Below are positions 10,801 through 20,384 of a stretch of DNA of 64,000 nucleotides, in pieces (positions within the stretch are counted from its first letter, which is position 1; each line of letters begins with the position of its first letter). The stretch lies in NCBI GenBank assembly GCA_965202805.1, contig OZ241869.1, forward strand, positions 3,264,001-3,328,000, read 5' to 3'. The stretch is from Longimicrobiales bacterium (GTDB lineage: Bacteria; Gemmatimonadota; Gemmatimonadetes; Longimicrobiales; Gaopeijiaceae). Made by a program: the position numbers and the translations under genes. The notes below the pieces were generated by a model. That model worked only from the letters and a program-made list of their open reading frames with translations, was not told the DNA's origin and searched no databases.

Positions 10801-11114
10801 AGGAGGAGTCGCCCGAGGAGTTGAGCGAAGATGTGAGCGGCCTGCTCGAGGAAGCGCGCGAGCTGGGACGCGACATCAACCAGGCGGCTGCAGGCGCACG
10901 GGGCGCCAACGCCATCGGGTCATCCAGCACCCGCCCCACCGCCGACCAGCTCTGGCAGCTCGACCAGGCCTGGGAGAAGGTGCCTCCGCTGATCGAGAGG
11001 CTGAACGAGATCGTCGCCGACGAGATGCCGGCGCTCTACCGGCAACTGGACGAGCAGGGCATCCGCCCCGACCCGGGCGAGACGGTGACGATGCCGGTGC
11101 GGCGGGGCGGCTAG
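7860..11114 (+). CDS. VPS10/sortilin-like BNR-repeat glycosyl hydrolase-like protein
   Basis: WRNIGPTIMGGR start; many S/T-x-D-G-G-x-S/T-W Asp boxes; GGLQDNGSW; signal peptide; RBS GGAG before ATG 7860. Confidence 0.85.
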   Translation: MNSHQWRRAMLTWMALAIALIPAWPADASAQTDAARVEAAVANLEWRNIGPTIMGGRVSDLAVVESDPSTFYVGTATGGVWKTVNHGTTFEPVFDDQPTTSVGDVTVAPSNPNVVWVGSGEPQNRQSSPWGNGVYKSTDAGRSWSHMGLDETHHISRIRIHPRDPSIVYVAAVGRLWGANPERGIYKTTDGGESWELVLFVDEDTGAIDLAMDPGDPETLFAAMYQRRRTAWGFNGGGPGSGIHRTTDGGASWVELTDGLPDGDMGRIGLDIHRGDGNLVFAIVEADKRTPGQGFGGGGGGSSRNGVYRSTDRGESWEQISTTNNRPMYYSQIWVDPGDPERIYTAGSSLYKSLDGGNNFTPDAASEVHPDHHAMWINPDNSDHIVLGGDGGVAISWDRSRTWRQLTNIPLAQFYEIGVDMRDPYHVCGGLQDNGSWCAPSDTWSNQGIRTRDWYNVGGGDGFYTVMHPTNPRVMFSESQGGNLMRVDLVTMERTRMRPVGRPLEDGEERELRWNWDTPVFLSQHDETTVYVGSNVLFRSRDLGMTWEEISPDLTHAIDRTGLEIMGVAGSEPQMSANDGQASYGNLETIAESPFDAGLLYVGSDDGKVHVTRDDGASWTDVTDDIPGLPERTYVSRVVASAHDQATVYATFDGHRNNDFAAHVYVSTDYGESWRRIADGLPATSVNVIAEHHRTEGLLFVGNEVGVFFSVDGGEQWVALDNGLPAVPVDDIRIHPRENDLVLGTHGRGVYIMEDIAPLEGLTAEVLAAGAHLFPVRRATLYNPYTPQGWTPGVYVSPNPPAGALIRYYVGEAGAGGGVVAASPDGNGGDGDADGEGAPADGSGQPKITILDDGGEVVRELAGPGAAGIQQVRWDLRIEPPYTPSGPPQQFGGGFGGGQARGPRVLPGTYTVRLEAAGRTQEEEVVVRLDPRVDMSRADLEARQAALMSAWDLAGPVYEAGRAVQRVTTRLMEVSALLREQEESPEELSEDVSGLLEEARELGRDINQAAAGARGANAIGSSSTRPTADQLWQLDQAWEKVPPLIERLNEIVADEMPALYRQLDEQGIRPDPGETVTMPVRRGG

Positions 11115-11236
11115 AGGACCGGTTTCGCCCGGGCTGGTTCGGCCAGCCGCGTCCGACCCGGCGTGCGCGCCGCCGACCCATGAATCGGCGGCGCGCGGCC
11201 GGGCCGCATCAGGCCGGCAAGCCCCCAACCCTGACG

Positions 11237-11971
11237 TTACGTCAGCCTTCGCGCGATCCACACCGTGCGGAAGACGGCGGTCGCCACCGTGCCCGCTGCG
11301 GTCACCACCAGCACCGCCAGCAGGACCGTGCCCGGGTCGCGCCCCAGCAGCGCGGAGCCGGTGCCGTCCAAGATCGCGCCGAACCCGATCAGCAGGAGCC
11401 GCTCCGCGCGTTGCATGACGCCCGCCGTGCACAGAACGCCCTGACTCTCGCCGCGCGCGCGTGTGTAGCTGACCAGTAGCGAACCCCCGAGCGCCGCGGC
11501 CACCACCGCGAGAGCGGCGCCGGAGTCCCGAAACGCCACCGCCAGCCCCACGAATGCGGCTACCTCGGCGAACCGGTCGATGGTCGAGTCCAGGAACGCC
11601 CCGCGCGGCGAGGCCAGCCCGCGCGCCCGAGCGATCCGTCCGTCCATGGCATCCGCGACGCCGCTGAGCAGCACCGCCCAGCCGGCCGTGGCGAACCGCC
11701 CCGAAGCGAAGAGCCAGCCCGCCACCGCGCCGAAGGCGAACCCGAGCAGGTTGTAGAAGAGGGGAGACAGCCCGAGGCGGAGCGACGCCCGCTCGACGGG
11801 CCACACAAACCAGTAGAACCAGCGGCGCACGAAGGAGCCGAGCACGAACTTGCCCCGGGTGGACGACTCGAGCGCATCCACCGCGCGGCTCGCCGCACTC
11901 AGCGCGAAGATCGGCATGGTGGCGAGCGCGAACCCCACGACCACGACCAGCGCCGTAAGCTCCGGCCTCAT
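11237..11971 (-). CDS. CDP-alcohol phosphatidyltransferase family protein
   Basis: Signature DAMDGRIAR...GAFLDSTIDR; VSYTRARGE and RAER motifs as in PgsA/PIP-synthase-like proteins; hydrophobic. Confidence 0.9.
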   Translation of the reverse strand: MRPELTALVVVVGFALATMPIFALSAASRAVDALESSTRGKFVLGSFVRRWFYWFVWPVERASLRLGLSPLFYNLLGFAFGAVAGWLFASGRFATAGWAVLLSGVADAMDGRIARARGLASPRGAFLDSTIDRFAEVAAFVGLAVAFRDSGAALAVVAAALGGSLLVSYTRARGESQGVLCTAGVMQRAERLLLIGFGAILDGTGSALLGRDPGTVLLAVLVVTAAGTVATAVFRTVWIARRLT

Positions 11972-12987
11972 GGTGTCCCGGCTTCCCGCGCTCGGGCCGC
12001 CTGCCGCCCCCGGCCGTCCCGCGATGCCCGGTTCTCCGGCGGTTCCCGGTTCTCGGGCGATTCCGCGCGTCCGGAGCGCAACACGCGAAACGCCTTGGGA
12101 AGCAGAAGCGGGAAGGGGAAACGCCGCTCCAGAGGCGTGATCTCCACCGTCATCCCGGTGCGCCGTTCCACCTTGCGCACGATGTAGGGGAACCAGCGGT
12201 CGAACGTGAGCATGTGCTTGACCCAGCGGGTGGTGGCGCGCGCCTTGCTGATGCCGAAGTACGCGTTCAGCCTGAGCTGGGCCGCGGCCGACGCGGGATG
12301 AGTTGCCCGGTACTCCCCCTTCGATCGCTCGAGCACGCCGGACGCCACCCCGGCCTCCAGGATGGGGGTGTAGATGCCTCGCAGCATCTCCCGCTGGGCC
12401 TCGTAGACGGCGCTCACCCGGCCTCCGCGTTCCGGCCGGATCTCCCCGGCGTACGAGATCTCCAGCATGCGCCGGCAGAAGTCGTCCACGGAAAACGAGC
12501 CCTCCAGGAACGGAAGGGTCCAATCGAGGACCATCCGCCTCGCGCCGGCGACCAGTTCCTCGACCCATGCGGCCGTCTCCGGGTCGCGCGCATGCACGAC
12601 CGAGATGTGATGCGCGATCCGGCCCAGGCAGAAATGGTCGAGGCGGCGCGGCCCCAGTTCCCGCTCGAAGTCGGCGCGCGAAAGCACGAGACACTTGGCC
12701 AGCGGCCCATCCGGCGGCGCGGGCCAGAAGGCGATGACGGTCGGAGCCAGCACGCGGCTGACGGTCGCCAGCAACCCCGCGTTGCGCGCCGTGTACCCGC
12801 TGTCGGACAGGGCGCGGTAGAACGCCCGGTAGTCTTCGACCACGACGACCAGGTCGTAGGCGCTGTGCCGGTCCGGGCTTGCCGACACAAGCCGCGAGCC
12901 GTACGCCAGCACGGCAAGCAGGCCGTCGCCGCCGGTCTCCCGCAGCCTGGAGACCAGGTGCCCGATGGGTGCCTCCACTCCCGTCAT
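11968..12987 (-). CDS. Putative Tam41/Mmp37-like nucleotidyltransferase (phosphatidate cytidylyltransferase-like)
   Basis: Nucleotidyltransferase motif LAYGS...YDLVVVV; later GR and ISYAGEIR-E resemble Tam41 GRL and SYxGD(F/I)R; ATGA-coupled to both neighbours. Confidence 0.6.
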   Translation of the reverse strand: MTGVEAPIGHLVSRLRETGGDGLLAVLAYGSRLVSASPDRHSAYDLVVVVEDYRAFYRALSDSGYTARNAGLLATVSRVLAPTVIAFWPAPPDGPLAKCLVLSRADFERELGPRRLDHFCLGRIAHHISVVHARDPETAAWVEELVAGARRMVLDWTLPFLEGSFSVDDFCRRMLEISYAGEIRPERGGRVSAVYEAQREMLRGIYTPILEAGVASGVLERSKGEYRATHPASAAAQLRLNAYFGISKARATTRWVKHMLTFDRWFPYIVRKVERRTGMTVEITPLERRFPFPLLLPKAFRVLRSGRAESPENREPPENRASRDGRGRQAARAREAGTP

Positions 12988-13754
12988 GCGGGCTCCGCCG
13001 CCGTGGGGGCGCCCCGCATTTCGTCGAGCATTCCGGTCATGACGCCCCGCATCTCCATGATGAACCCATCCAGATCGGCATCCGCCGCCGGCGACTCGAA
13101 GGGTCCCCGGCACTCGACGCGGGTGCGCATCCGCGGTAGGTTTCCGAAGAAGTCCTTGAGTCGCGTCCACTTCCACAGCCCGTCCGCCACCACGACGTAC
13201 ACGCTCCAGCGGCGTGCCGCCAGAATGGTCGTCAGCCCCAGCGTCTTGAAGGGGCCGATGCGACCCGTCCTGCTCCGGGTTCCCTCCGGGTAGATGATGA
13301 GGGGGTGCGTGGAGGCGGCCGCTTTCCTGCGAAGCCGCTTCAGCTCACCGCGCAGGGTTGCTCTCGCATCTACCAAGGGGTATCGGTACAGCCTTGTCAT
13401 GTGGGATATTAGGGGCACGCCGCGGGCGTACCGCCGGCGCGTCACGATGCGGGGGTAGGTGCCTTGCATCGACGCGACGACGAGCGGGATGTCGAGGAGC
13501 GACTGGTGGTTCATGAGCACCAGCACGCCGGGGGTTGCCGGGATGTCCGGCAACTCGCCGAAACGGACTCCGCCCATATGGCGAAGGAAAAAGATGACCA
13601 CGTGGGCCGTGAAGCGCTGCCACTCGGTGAGCAGGGCGTCGCGGTTCCCCGGCAGCAGTCGCGCCATGGGCGCGATCAGGAGGCGCTGAATCAGATCGCA
13701 GGCCAGTAGCGCCGCGCCGAGCGCGGTGAGAGTCAAGGCTCCGCGGAGGTCCAA
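12984..13754 (-). CDS. Lysophospholipid acyltransferase (PlsC family)
   Basis: NHQSLLD (HX4D) and IYPEGTRS motifs. Start TTG 13754 or ATG 13808. Confidence 0.9.
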   Translation of the reverse strand: MDLRGALTLTALGAALLACDLIQRLLIAPMARLLPGNRDALLTEWQRFTAHVVIFFLRHMGGVRFGELPDIPATPGVLVLMNHQSLLDIPLVVASMQGTYPRIVTRRRYARGVPLISHMTRLYRYPLVDARATLRGELKRLRRKAAASTHPLIIYPEGTRSRTGRIGPFKTLGLTTILAARRWSVYVVVADGLWKWTRLKDFFGNLPRMRTRVECRGPFESPAADADLDGFIMEMRGVMTGMLDEMRGAPTAAEPA

Positions 13755-13808
13755 TGACGTGTCCTGAGAGGCGGGTGTGGTCCGATCGGAAGAACATCGG
13801 GCAAACAT

Positions 13809-15218
13809 ATGAGTGACATGCGAAACGCTAGCAGGAAATCCGCTTCGGCGTCAACGCGGCAGACGGCCGCCGACGGGGCCGGGGATGCCGTTGCCGCCGA
13901 GTCCGACGGGAGGATGACCGTCGCCCCGGCGCGCCCCGCACCGGGGGATGAGCGACCGCCGCTGCGCGGACTGAGCGACTACGACTACACCAACTTCTAC
14001 TTCGCGGCGGGCACGGATCCGTTCGGAATCCTCGGGCCTTTCGGCGAATGGTGGAAGGACGCCGAGTTCGTCGGAGGCTACTACCTCTACGGGTTGCCCA
14101 TGGGCTCCGCGCCCGCCACGCGGGTCCGGATCGGCGATCCCAAGACCCGCGAGACGCTCGAGGGTCTGATCAACTTCGCGTCCTACAACTACCTCGGTCT
14201 TTCCTACCGCCCCGAAGTGATCGAGGCGATCTGCGACGCGGTTCGCAAGTACGGTGCAGGGGCCTCGGGATCGCCGGTGCTGTCGGGCACCATGGACCTT
14301 CACAAGCGCCTGGCGACGGAGATGGCCGCCTTCAAGGGAAAGGACGGGGCCCTCATCTTCCCGACCGGATACAGCGCCAACGTGGGGCTCATCTCGGGGC
14401 TCATGCGCCCCGGCGATCTGATCGTCGCCGACAAGCTCGCCCACGCGAGCATCGTCGACGGCATGATTCTGTCGAAGGCGACCTCACGCTTCTTCAAGCA
14501 CAACAACCCCGAGGATCTCGACCGCAAGCTGCGCGGGTTCAAGGGCAAGAAGCTGGTGGTCGTCGAAGGCGTCTACTCGATGGACGGCGACGTGGCCAGG
14601 CTGCCCGAAATCGTCGAGGTCTGTCGCAGGCACGGTGCGCGCCTTCTCATCGACGAGGCGCATTCCACCTTCGTCTACGGCCCCAACGGGCGAGGCGTCG
14701 CGGAGCACTTCGGACTGGACGACGAGGTCGACATCCACCTGGGCACGTTCTCGAAGAGCCTTGGAGGCCTGGGCGGATTCGTCGCGGGCTCGGCGGAACT
14801 CATCTACTACCTGCGCGGCTTCGCGCGTTCGCGGGTGTTCTCGTGCGCGCTTCCGCCTCCGGTTACGGCCGGGTTGCTGAAGGCGCTCGAAATCGCAAGA
14901 GCGGAGCCGGAGCTGCGTGACAGGCTGTGGGACAACGCCCGCTACATGCACGGTATCCTGGGCGAGGCGGGCGTGGACGTGGGCGACTCCACCTCCCAGG
15001 TGATCTCGATCATGATCCGCGACGACGCCGGGATCTTCCAGATCGCCGAGGATCTGCTGCACGAGGGCGTCTACATCAACCCCGTCCGCTTTCCCGCGGT
15101 GGGCAAGCACAAGTCCCGCTTCCGCATGTCGATCTCGGCGGCGCACACCCGGTCCGAACTGGAGGAAGGCGCCGAGATCATCATCTCCATCCTCAAGAAA
15201 TACGGAAAATGCCCCTGA
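13809..15218 (+). CDS. PLP-dependent alpha-oxoamine synthase, serine palmitoyltransferase-like
   Basis: NFASYNYLGL, HASIVDG, EGVYSMDGD, DEAH and GTFSKS motifs. GTFSKS is the SPT-type PLP-lysine motif; BioF/KBL usually have T(L/F)GKA. Start uncertain (13809, 13818 or 13914). Confidence 0.8.
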   Translation: MSDMRNASRKSASASTRQTAADGAGDAVAAESDGRMTVAPARPAPGDERPPLRGLSDYDYTNFYFAAGTDPFGILGPFGEWWKDAEFVGGYYLYGLPMGSAPATRVRIGDPKTRETLEGLINFASYNYLGLSYRPEVIEAICDAVRKYGAGASGSPVLSGTMDLHKRLATEMAAFKGKDGALIFPTGYSANVGLISGLMRPGDLIVADKLAHASIVDGMILSKATSRFFKHNNPEDLDRKLRGFKGKKLVVVEGVYSMDGDVARLPEIVEVCRRHGARLLIDEAHSTFVYGPNGRGVAEHFGLDDEVDIHLGTFSKSLGGLGGFVAGSAELIYYLRGFARSRVFSCALPPPVTAGLLKALEIARAEPELRDRLWDNARYMHGILGEAGVDVGDSTSQVISIMIRDDAGIFQIAEDLLHEGVYINPVRFPAVGKHKSRFRMSISAAHTRSELEEGAEIIISILKKYGKCP

Positions 15219-15871
15219 CCCGGTATCATTATTCCCAGGCCGTCAGCGCCTTCTTCGAAATCGCCACCTCCGATGCCCGCCGCATCCTTCCCCCGCACCT
15301 GCAGCCGCTCGAAGTGCAGCACGAGGCCAGCATCCTCGCCGTCACGGCCTTCGACTTCACCGGCAGCATGGTCGGTACCTATCAGGAGATCGTGCTCTCG
15401 GTGATCGTCCCGCCCCTGATGACCCCGGGCCAGGGCATGGCGAAATCGGCCTTCTATCCCTTCCTCGTGGGGACGAGCACGGAGGCGTCGCGCGAGCACG
15501 CGATCGAGCGCTGGCACCTTCCGCACTACATGAAGGACCTCGACATCCGCTTCCTGCCTTCGGACGGGCGCATGCGCGTGGAGGTGCGCGAGGGCGATAG
15601 GCCGATCCTGGACTTCGAGGTGGCGGACCACCATTCGGCGCCGGTCGATCACCTGTACCAGTCGTTCATGATCAACGGCGATGACCGCTTCAAGGTGGAC
15701 ATCCACATGCGGGGGCCGCACAGCGAGCACGAGGAGGAAGCCGGGTCGCTGAAGCTCCACGAGCATCCCATGACCTCCCAGTTGACGCTGGACCTGGTGG
15801 CCACCTGTCCGTTCCGCGAGCAGTGGATGACGAACGGGGTCCAGGTTTTCGAGGAGCTGGAGCGCATCTGA
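15209..15871 (+). CDS. Acetoacetate decarboxylase-like fold protein
   Basis: ARRILPPHLQP, AFDF...VGTYQE and HAIERWHLPH align by eye with the ADC-family pattern (..LP..L.P, GxYxE, GREIWGxPK); overlaps the SPT-like stop. Confidence 0.65.
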   Translation: MPLTRYHYSQAVSAFFEIATSDARRILPPHLQPLEVQHEASILAVTAFDFTGSMVGTYQEIVLSVIVPPLMTPGQGMAKSAFYPFLVGTSTEASREHAIERWHLPHYMKDLDIRFLPSDGRMRVEVREGDRPILDFEVADHHSAPVDHLYQSFMINGDDRFKVDIHMRGPHSEHEEEAGSLKLHEHPMTSQLTLDLVATCPFREQWMTNGVQVFEELERI

Positions 15872-16830
15872 GCGGCGGAGCGCGCACCTTCGTCATCTTC
15901 AACCCGGCTTCCGGGCACGGGCGGGGCGCGCGCCGGATCCCCCTCTACCGCGGGCTGCTCGACAAGCACTTCGATTCCTGGGAGTGGGCGTCGACCACGG
16001 CGCCGGGCGAGGAAGCCGAACTCGCGGGCCGGGCCATCGCCGGCGGAGCGAAGCTGATCGTGGCCGTGGGCGGCGACGGCACCTGGAGCCAGGTGGCCGA
16101 CCGGATGGTGGCATCCGGGCGCCCGGATGTGGTGCTGGGACTGCTGGCCTCGGGAACCGGCAACGACTTCGCCAGGAGCCTCGGGCTCAGCTACGGCGAC
16201 CCGGAGCAGGCGGTGGCGGCGCTGGCGGCGGGCCGGACCCGCCGCATCGATGTGGGGCGGGTGGTGTCGGAGTGGCGTCCGGCGCCCTACCCGGAGGTGG
16301 CATCCGACGCAGCCTGGCGCAATGCCCCGCGCCACTTCCTGAACCTGGTGGGTTTCGGCTTCGACATCGCCGTCATCGACGCCAGCCTGAGGGCGCGCTT
16401 CCTGCGGGGGGCGGTGCTGTACAAGCTCACGGCGCTGCAGCAGTTGTTCCTGTACCGGAGTCCGCGGCTGCGCCTGTCGGACGGCGGTGGATGGAGCACC
16501 GACGGGCGGCACCTCATCCTCACCATTTCGAACGGACGCATCTTCGGCGGCGGATTCCCGATCGCCCCGGATGCCGATCTGCAGGATGGGCGTCTGGACG
16601 CGTGCGCGATCGCCGATTCCTCGCCGCTGGGACGCGCGCGCCTGTTCAGCCTGGCGGAGAAGGGCCGCCACCTGGGCGCGAAGGAGGTCTCCATGCGCCA
16701 GGATCGCGCTTTTGCCGTGCGGTTCGACGAGCGAGTACGTTACGAGGTCGACGGCGACGTGCATCAGTCGCGCACGGGCGAGGTGCGCGTGGATGTCGTC
16801 CCCTCGGCGCTCTCGGTGATCGTGCCGTGA
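15868..16830 (+). CDS. Diacylglycerol/sphingosine kinase family lipid kinase (YegS/DgkB-like)
   Basis: [32 protein letters not shown] and DGD motifs. Start uncertain (CTG 15868 overlapping the upstream stop, or 15823). Confidence 0.9.
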   Translation: MSGGARTFVIFNPASGHGRGARRIPLYRGLLDKHFDSWEWASTTAPGEEAELAGRAIAGGAKLIVAVGGDGTWSQVADRMVASGRPDVVLGLLASGTGNDFARSLGLSYGDPEQAVAALAAGRTRRIDVGRVVSEWRPAPYPEVASDAAWRNAPRHFLNLVGFGFDIAVIDASLRARFLRGAVLYKLTALQQLFLYRSPRLRLSDGGGWSTDGRHLILTISNGRIFGGGFPIAPDADLQDGRLDACAIADSSPLGRARLFSLAEKGRHLGAKEVSMRQDRAFAVRFDERVRYEVDGDVHQSRTGEVRVDVVPSALSVIVP

Positions 16831-16840
16831 AGGAGGCTGG

Positions 16841-19800
16841 ATGGATCGCCTTGCTGCCGCCCCGCCGCGTACCGCGCAGCCCATCCGGGTAGTCACGGCG
16901 GCGTCGCTCTTCGACGGACACGACGCTGCAATCAACGTGATGCGCCGGATCCTCCAGGATTCGGGCGCGGAAGTCATCCACCTGGGGCACAACCGCTCCG
17001 CCCTCGAGATCGTCGAGTGTGCGATCCAGGAGGACGCGCACGCCATCGCGATCAGCTCGTATCAGGGCGGGCACATGGAGTTCTTCACCTACGTGCGCGA
17101 CCTGCTGCGCGAGCGGGGCGCGGAGATCCGCATCTTCGGGGGCGGGGGCGGGACCATTCTGCCCGCGGAGGCCGAGGAGCTGCACCGGCGCGGCATCGAC
17201 CGGGTGTTCTCTCCCGACGACGGGCGGGCGATGGGCCTGCAGGGGATGATCGACGAAGTGCTGGAGGGTGCACGTCGCTCGGTCCGATCGTCGCTCGCGG
17301 ATCCGGAGGCCGAGGTTCGGGCGCTCCGCCAGGGAGACGCGGGAGCGGTGGCGCGCCTGATCTCGGCGGTCGAGAACGGCCACGCGGGCGCGGACGACGC
17401 GATGGAGGTCGTGGCGGAGATGGCGGCGGTCCGGCGGGTGCCGGTGCTGGGCATCACGGGCACGGGCGGCTCGGGCAAGTCGTCGCTGGTGGACGAGCTG
17501 GTGCGGCGCTATCTGTCCGGCACCGCCGACGGCCGGGTCGCGATCATCTCGGTGGATCCGTCCAGGCGCCGCACCGGGGGCGCGCTGCTGGGCGACCGCA
17601 TCCGCGTCAACGCCGCGAGCAGCCCCCGCGTCTACATGCGCTCGCTGGCCACCCGCGCCTCCACGGTCGGGCTGTCGCCGCACGCGCGCCAGGCAGTGGA
17701 GATCTGCAAGGCCGCCGGCCACGACCTGGTCATCATCGAGACGCCCGGGATCGGTCAGTTCGGCGCCGAGGTGGTGGGGCACTCGGATGTGTCGCTGTAC
17801 GTGATGACGGCCGAGTACGGCGCCGCCAGCCAGCTCGAGAAGATCGACATGCTGGACTACGCGGACGTGGTCGCCATCAACAAGTTCGACCGCCCGGGGG
17901 CGCTCGATGCGCTCCGCGACGTGCGCAAGCAGTACCGGCGCAACCACCGCCTGTGGAGCGTCCCCGACGAGGCGCTCCCGGTGTACGGGACCGTGGCTTC
18001 ACGCTTCAACGACGCGGGCGTCAACCGCCTGTACCTGGCGCTCCTCGACCAGTTGCGGCGCACGACCGGCGCGCCCCTCGCTACCGAAAGCGACCCGATC
18101 GACGACGACCGTGCCGAGCACACGCCGATTCCCCCGGAACGCACCCGCTACCTGGCGGAGATCGTGGAGGCGGGCCGCGACTACGACCGCGGCGCCGAGG
18201 AGCAGGCGGCCCTGGCCGGCCAGCTCTACCAGCTGCACGGAGCGATCCGACTGCTGCGGGAGGGGGAAGAGAGCGTCGGCATGGCGGCTCCGGCCTCGCC
18301 CCCGCGCGGCACCGCGGGCGAGGCCGCGCCCGCCGGCGCGCCCGCCACATCCGGCGGCCGGCCGGAAGAGATCGCACCCGAATTGCACGCCGCGGCCAGC
18401 GAGGGCGAACCGCTCGCCCGGCTGGTCGACCTCTACCGGCAGACGCGCGCGCGGCTCGACGAACGCAGCCTGGCCCTGCTCGAGGAATGGCCGGCCGTTA
18501 CGCGCCGCTACCGGGCCGACACCTACGCCTACCAGGTGCGTGGCCGCGAGGTGGAGCGGAACCTCTTCAGCGAATCGCTCGCGGGCTCGCGCATCCCGCG
18601 AGTGGTGCTGCCCCGCTTCAGGGACTGGGGCGAGGTGCTGCGCTGGCGCCTCACCGAGAACGTCCCCGGCGCGTTTCCCTACACTGCCGCGGTCTTCCCC
18701 CTGAGGCGGCTGGAGGAGCATCCGCAGCGCATGTTCGCGGGCGAGGGCGGCCCCGAGCGCACCAACCGGCGCTTCCACTTCCTCAGCCGGGCCAGCATGG
18801 CCAACCGCCTCTCGACCGCCTTCGACTCGGTGACGCTCTACGGCGAAGATCCGGACGAGCGCATGGACATCTACGGGAAGGTCGGCAACTCCGGTGTGAG
18901 CGTGGCCTCGGTCGACGACGCCAAGAAGCTCTACTCCGGCTTCAACCTGGCCGACCCGTCCACCAGCGTGTCGATGACCATCAACGGGCCCGCGCCCATG
19001 CTGCTCGGCTTCTTCCTGAACGCCGCCATCGACCAGCAGTGCGAGCTGCACATCCGCGAAAACGGGCTCGACGCCGAGGTCGAGGAGCGCATCGACGCGC
19101 TCTATCGCGAGCGCGGAATGGAGCGGCCCCGCTACCAGGGCGCGCTTCCGGAGGGGAACGACGGTCTCGGCCTGATGCTGCTCGGCGTGAGCGGCGACGA
19201 GGTAATCCCGCGCGAGGTCTACGAGCGCATCCGCCGCGAAACCCTGGCCGTGGTCAGAGGCACCGTGCAGGCCGACATCCTCAAGGAGGACCAGGCCCAG
19301 AACACCTGCATCTTCTCCATCGAGCTGGCGCTCCGCCTGATGGGGGACATCCAGCAGTACTTCATCGACGAAGGGGTGCGGAACTTCTATTCGGTGTCCA
19401 TCTCCGGATACCACATCGCGGAGGCCGGCGCCAACCCCGTCACCCAGCTCGCGCTCACGCTCGCCAACGGCTTCACCTACGTCGAGTACTACCGCTCGCG
19501 CGGGATGCGCGTCGACGACTTCGCGCCCAACCTGTCGTTCTTCTTCTCCAACGGCATGGACCCGGAATACGTGGTGCTGGGTCGGGTCGCGCGCCGCATC
19601 TGGGCGAAGGCGATGAGGCACGTATACGGCGCAAACGCCCGCTCGCAGAGGCTCAAGTACCACATCCAGACCTCGGGACGCAGCCTGCACGCGCAGGAGA
19701 TCGCCTTCAACGACATCCGCACCACGCTGCAGGCCCTCTACGCGCTGTGCGACAACTGCAACTCGCTGCACACCAACGCCTACGACGAGGCCATCACCAC

Positions 19801-20356
19801 CCCCACCGAGGAGAGCGTGCGCCGGGCCCTGGCGATTCAGCTGGTCATCAGCAGGGAGCTGGGGCTTTCGCGCAACGAGAACCCTCTGCAGGGCTCGTTC
19901 ATCATCGAGGAGCTGACGGACCTGGTGGAGGAAGCGGTGATGCGCGAATTCCTGCGGCTCTCGGAGCGCGGAGGCGTGCTCGGGGCCATGGAGCGCATGT
20001 ACCAGCGGGGCCGCATCCAGGACGAGTCGCTCGAGTACGAGTCGCGCAAGCACAGCGGGGAGCTGCCCATCGTGGGGGTGAACACCTTCCTGGGGCCGGA
20101 GGGATCGCCCACGCGGGTGCCCGAGGAGGTGATCCGCGCCAACCGCGAGGAGAAGGACTACGCCATCGCGTCGAACAGGGCATTCAGGGCGCGCAACCAG
20201 GGCCGCGCGGAAGCCGTGCTCGGGGAGCTGAGGCGGGTGGCGCTGGCAGGCGGCAACACCTTCGTCGCGCTCATGGAGGCGTGCAAGGTGTGCACGCTGG
20301 GGCAGATCACGTCGGTGCTCTACGAGGTGGGGGGGCAGTACCGGAGGAACATGTAG
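16841..20356 (+). CDS. icmF: Fused isobutyryl-CoA mutase / MeaB-like GTPase (B12-dependent)
   Basis: N-terminal B12-binding [16 protein letters not shown]; GTPase [12 protein letters not shown] and NKFD; mutase [19 protein letters not shown] and HIQTSGRSL; ends GGQYRRNM. Confidence 0.95.
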   Translation: MDRLAAAPPRTAQPIRVVTAASLFDGHDAAINVMRRILQDSGAEVIHLGHNRSALEIVECAIQEDAHAIAISSYQGGHMEFFTYVRDLLRERGAEIRIFGGGGGTILPAEAEELHRRGIDRVFSPDDGRAMGLQGMIDEVLEGARRSVRSSLADPEAEVRALRQGDAGAVARLISAVENGHAGADDAMEVVAEMAAVRRVPVLGITGTGGSGKSSLVDELVRRYLSGTADGRVAIISVDPSRRRTGGALLGDRIRVNAASSPRVYMRSLATRASTVGLSPHARQAVEICKAAGHDLVIIETPGIGQFGAEVVGHSDVSLYVMTAEYGAASQLEKIDMLDYADVVAINKFDRPGALDALRDVRKQYRRNHRLWSVPDEALPVYGTVASRFNDAGVNRLYLALLDQLRRTTGAPLATESDPIDDDRAEHTPIPPERTRYLAEIVEAGRDYDRGAEEQAALAGQLYQLHGAIRLLREGEESVGMAAPASPPRGTAGEAAPAGAPATSGGRPEEIAPELHAAASEGEPLARLVDLYRQTRARLDERSLALLEEWPAVTRRYRADTYAYQVRGREVERNLFSESLAGSRIPRVVLPRFRDWGEVLRWRLTENVPGAFPYTAAVFPLRRLEEHPQRMFAGEGGPERTNRRFHFLSRASMANRLSTAFDSVTLYGEDPDERMDIYGKVGNSGVSVASVDDAKKLYSGFNLADPSTSVSMTINGPAPMLLGFFLNAAIDQQCELHIRENGLDAEVEERIDALYRERGMERPRYQGALPEGNDGLGLMLLGVSGDEVIPREVYERIRRETLAVVRGTVQADILKEDQAQNTCIFSIELALRLMGDIQQYFIDEGVRNFYSVSISGYHIAEAGANPVTQLALTLANGFTYVEYYRSRGMRVDDFAPNLSFFFSNGMDPEYVVLGRVARRIWAKAMRHVYGANARSQRLKYHIQTSGRSLHAQEIAFNDIRTTLQALYALCDNCNSLHTNAYDEAITTPTEESVRRALAIQLVISRELGLSRNENPLQGSFIIEELTDLVEEAVMREFLRLSERGGVLGAMERMYQRGRIQDESLEYESRKHSGELPIVGVNTFLGPEGSPTRVPEEVIRANREEKDYAIASNRAFRARNQGRAEAVLGELRRVALAGGNTFVALMEACKVCTLGQITSVLYEVGGQYRRNM

Positions 20357-20384
20357 GGACCGTGCACGGACTCCCGGAATCCGC

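Noticed and set aside
13809..15218. bioF or kbl assignment
   Set aside because: No biotin or threonine-dehydrogenase genes are adjacent; the GTFSKS motif and lipid-gene context favour an SPT-like enzyme, though this is unproven, so no symbol was given.
18260..18420. Ala/Pro-rich insertion in IcmF as a possible intein or mobile insert
   Set aside because: Short low-complexity linker without intein terminal motifs; the frame is intact.
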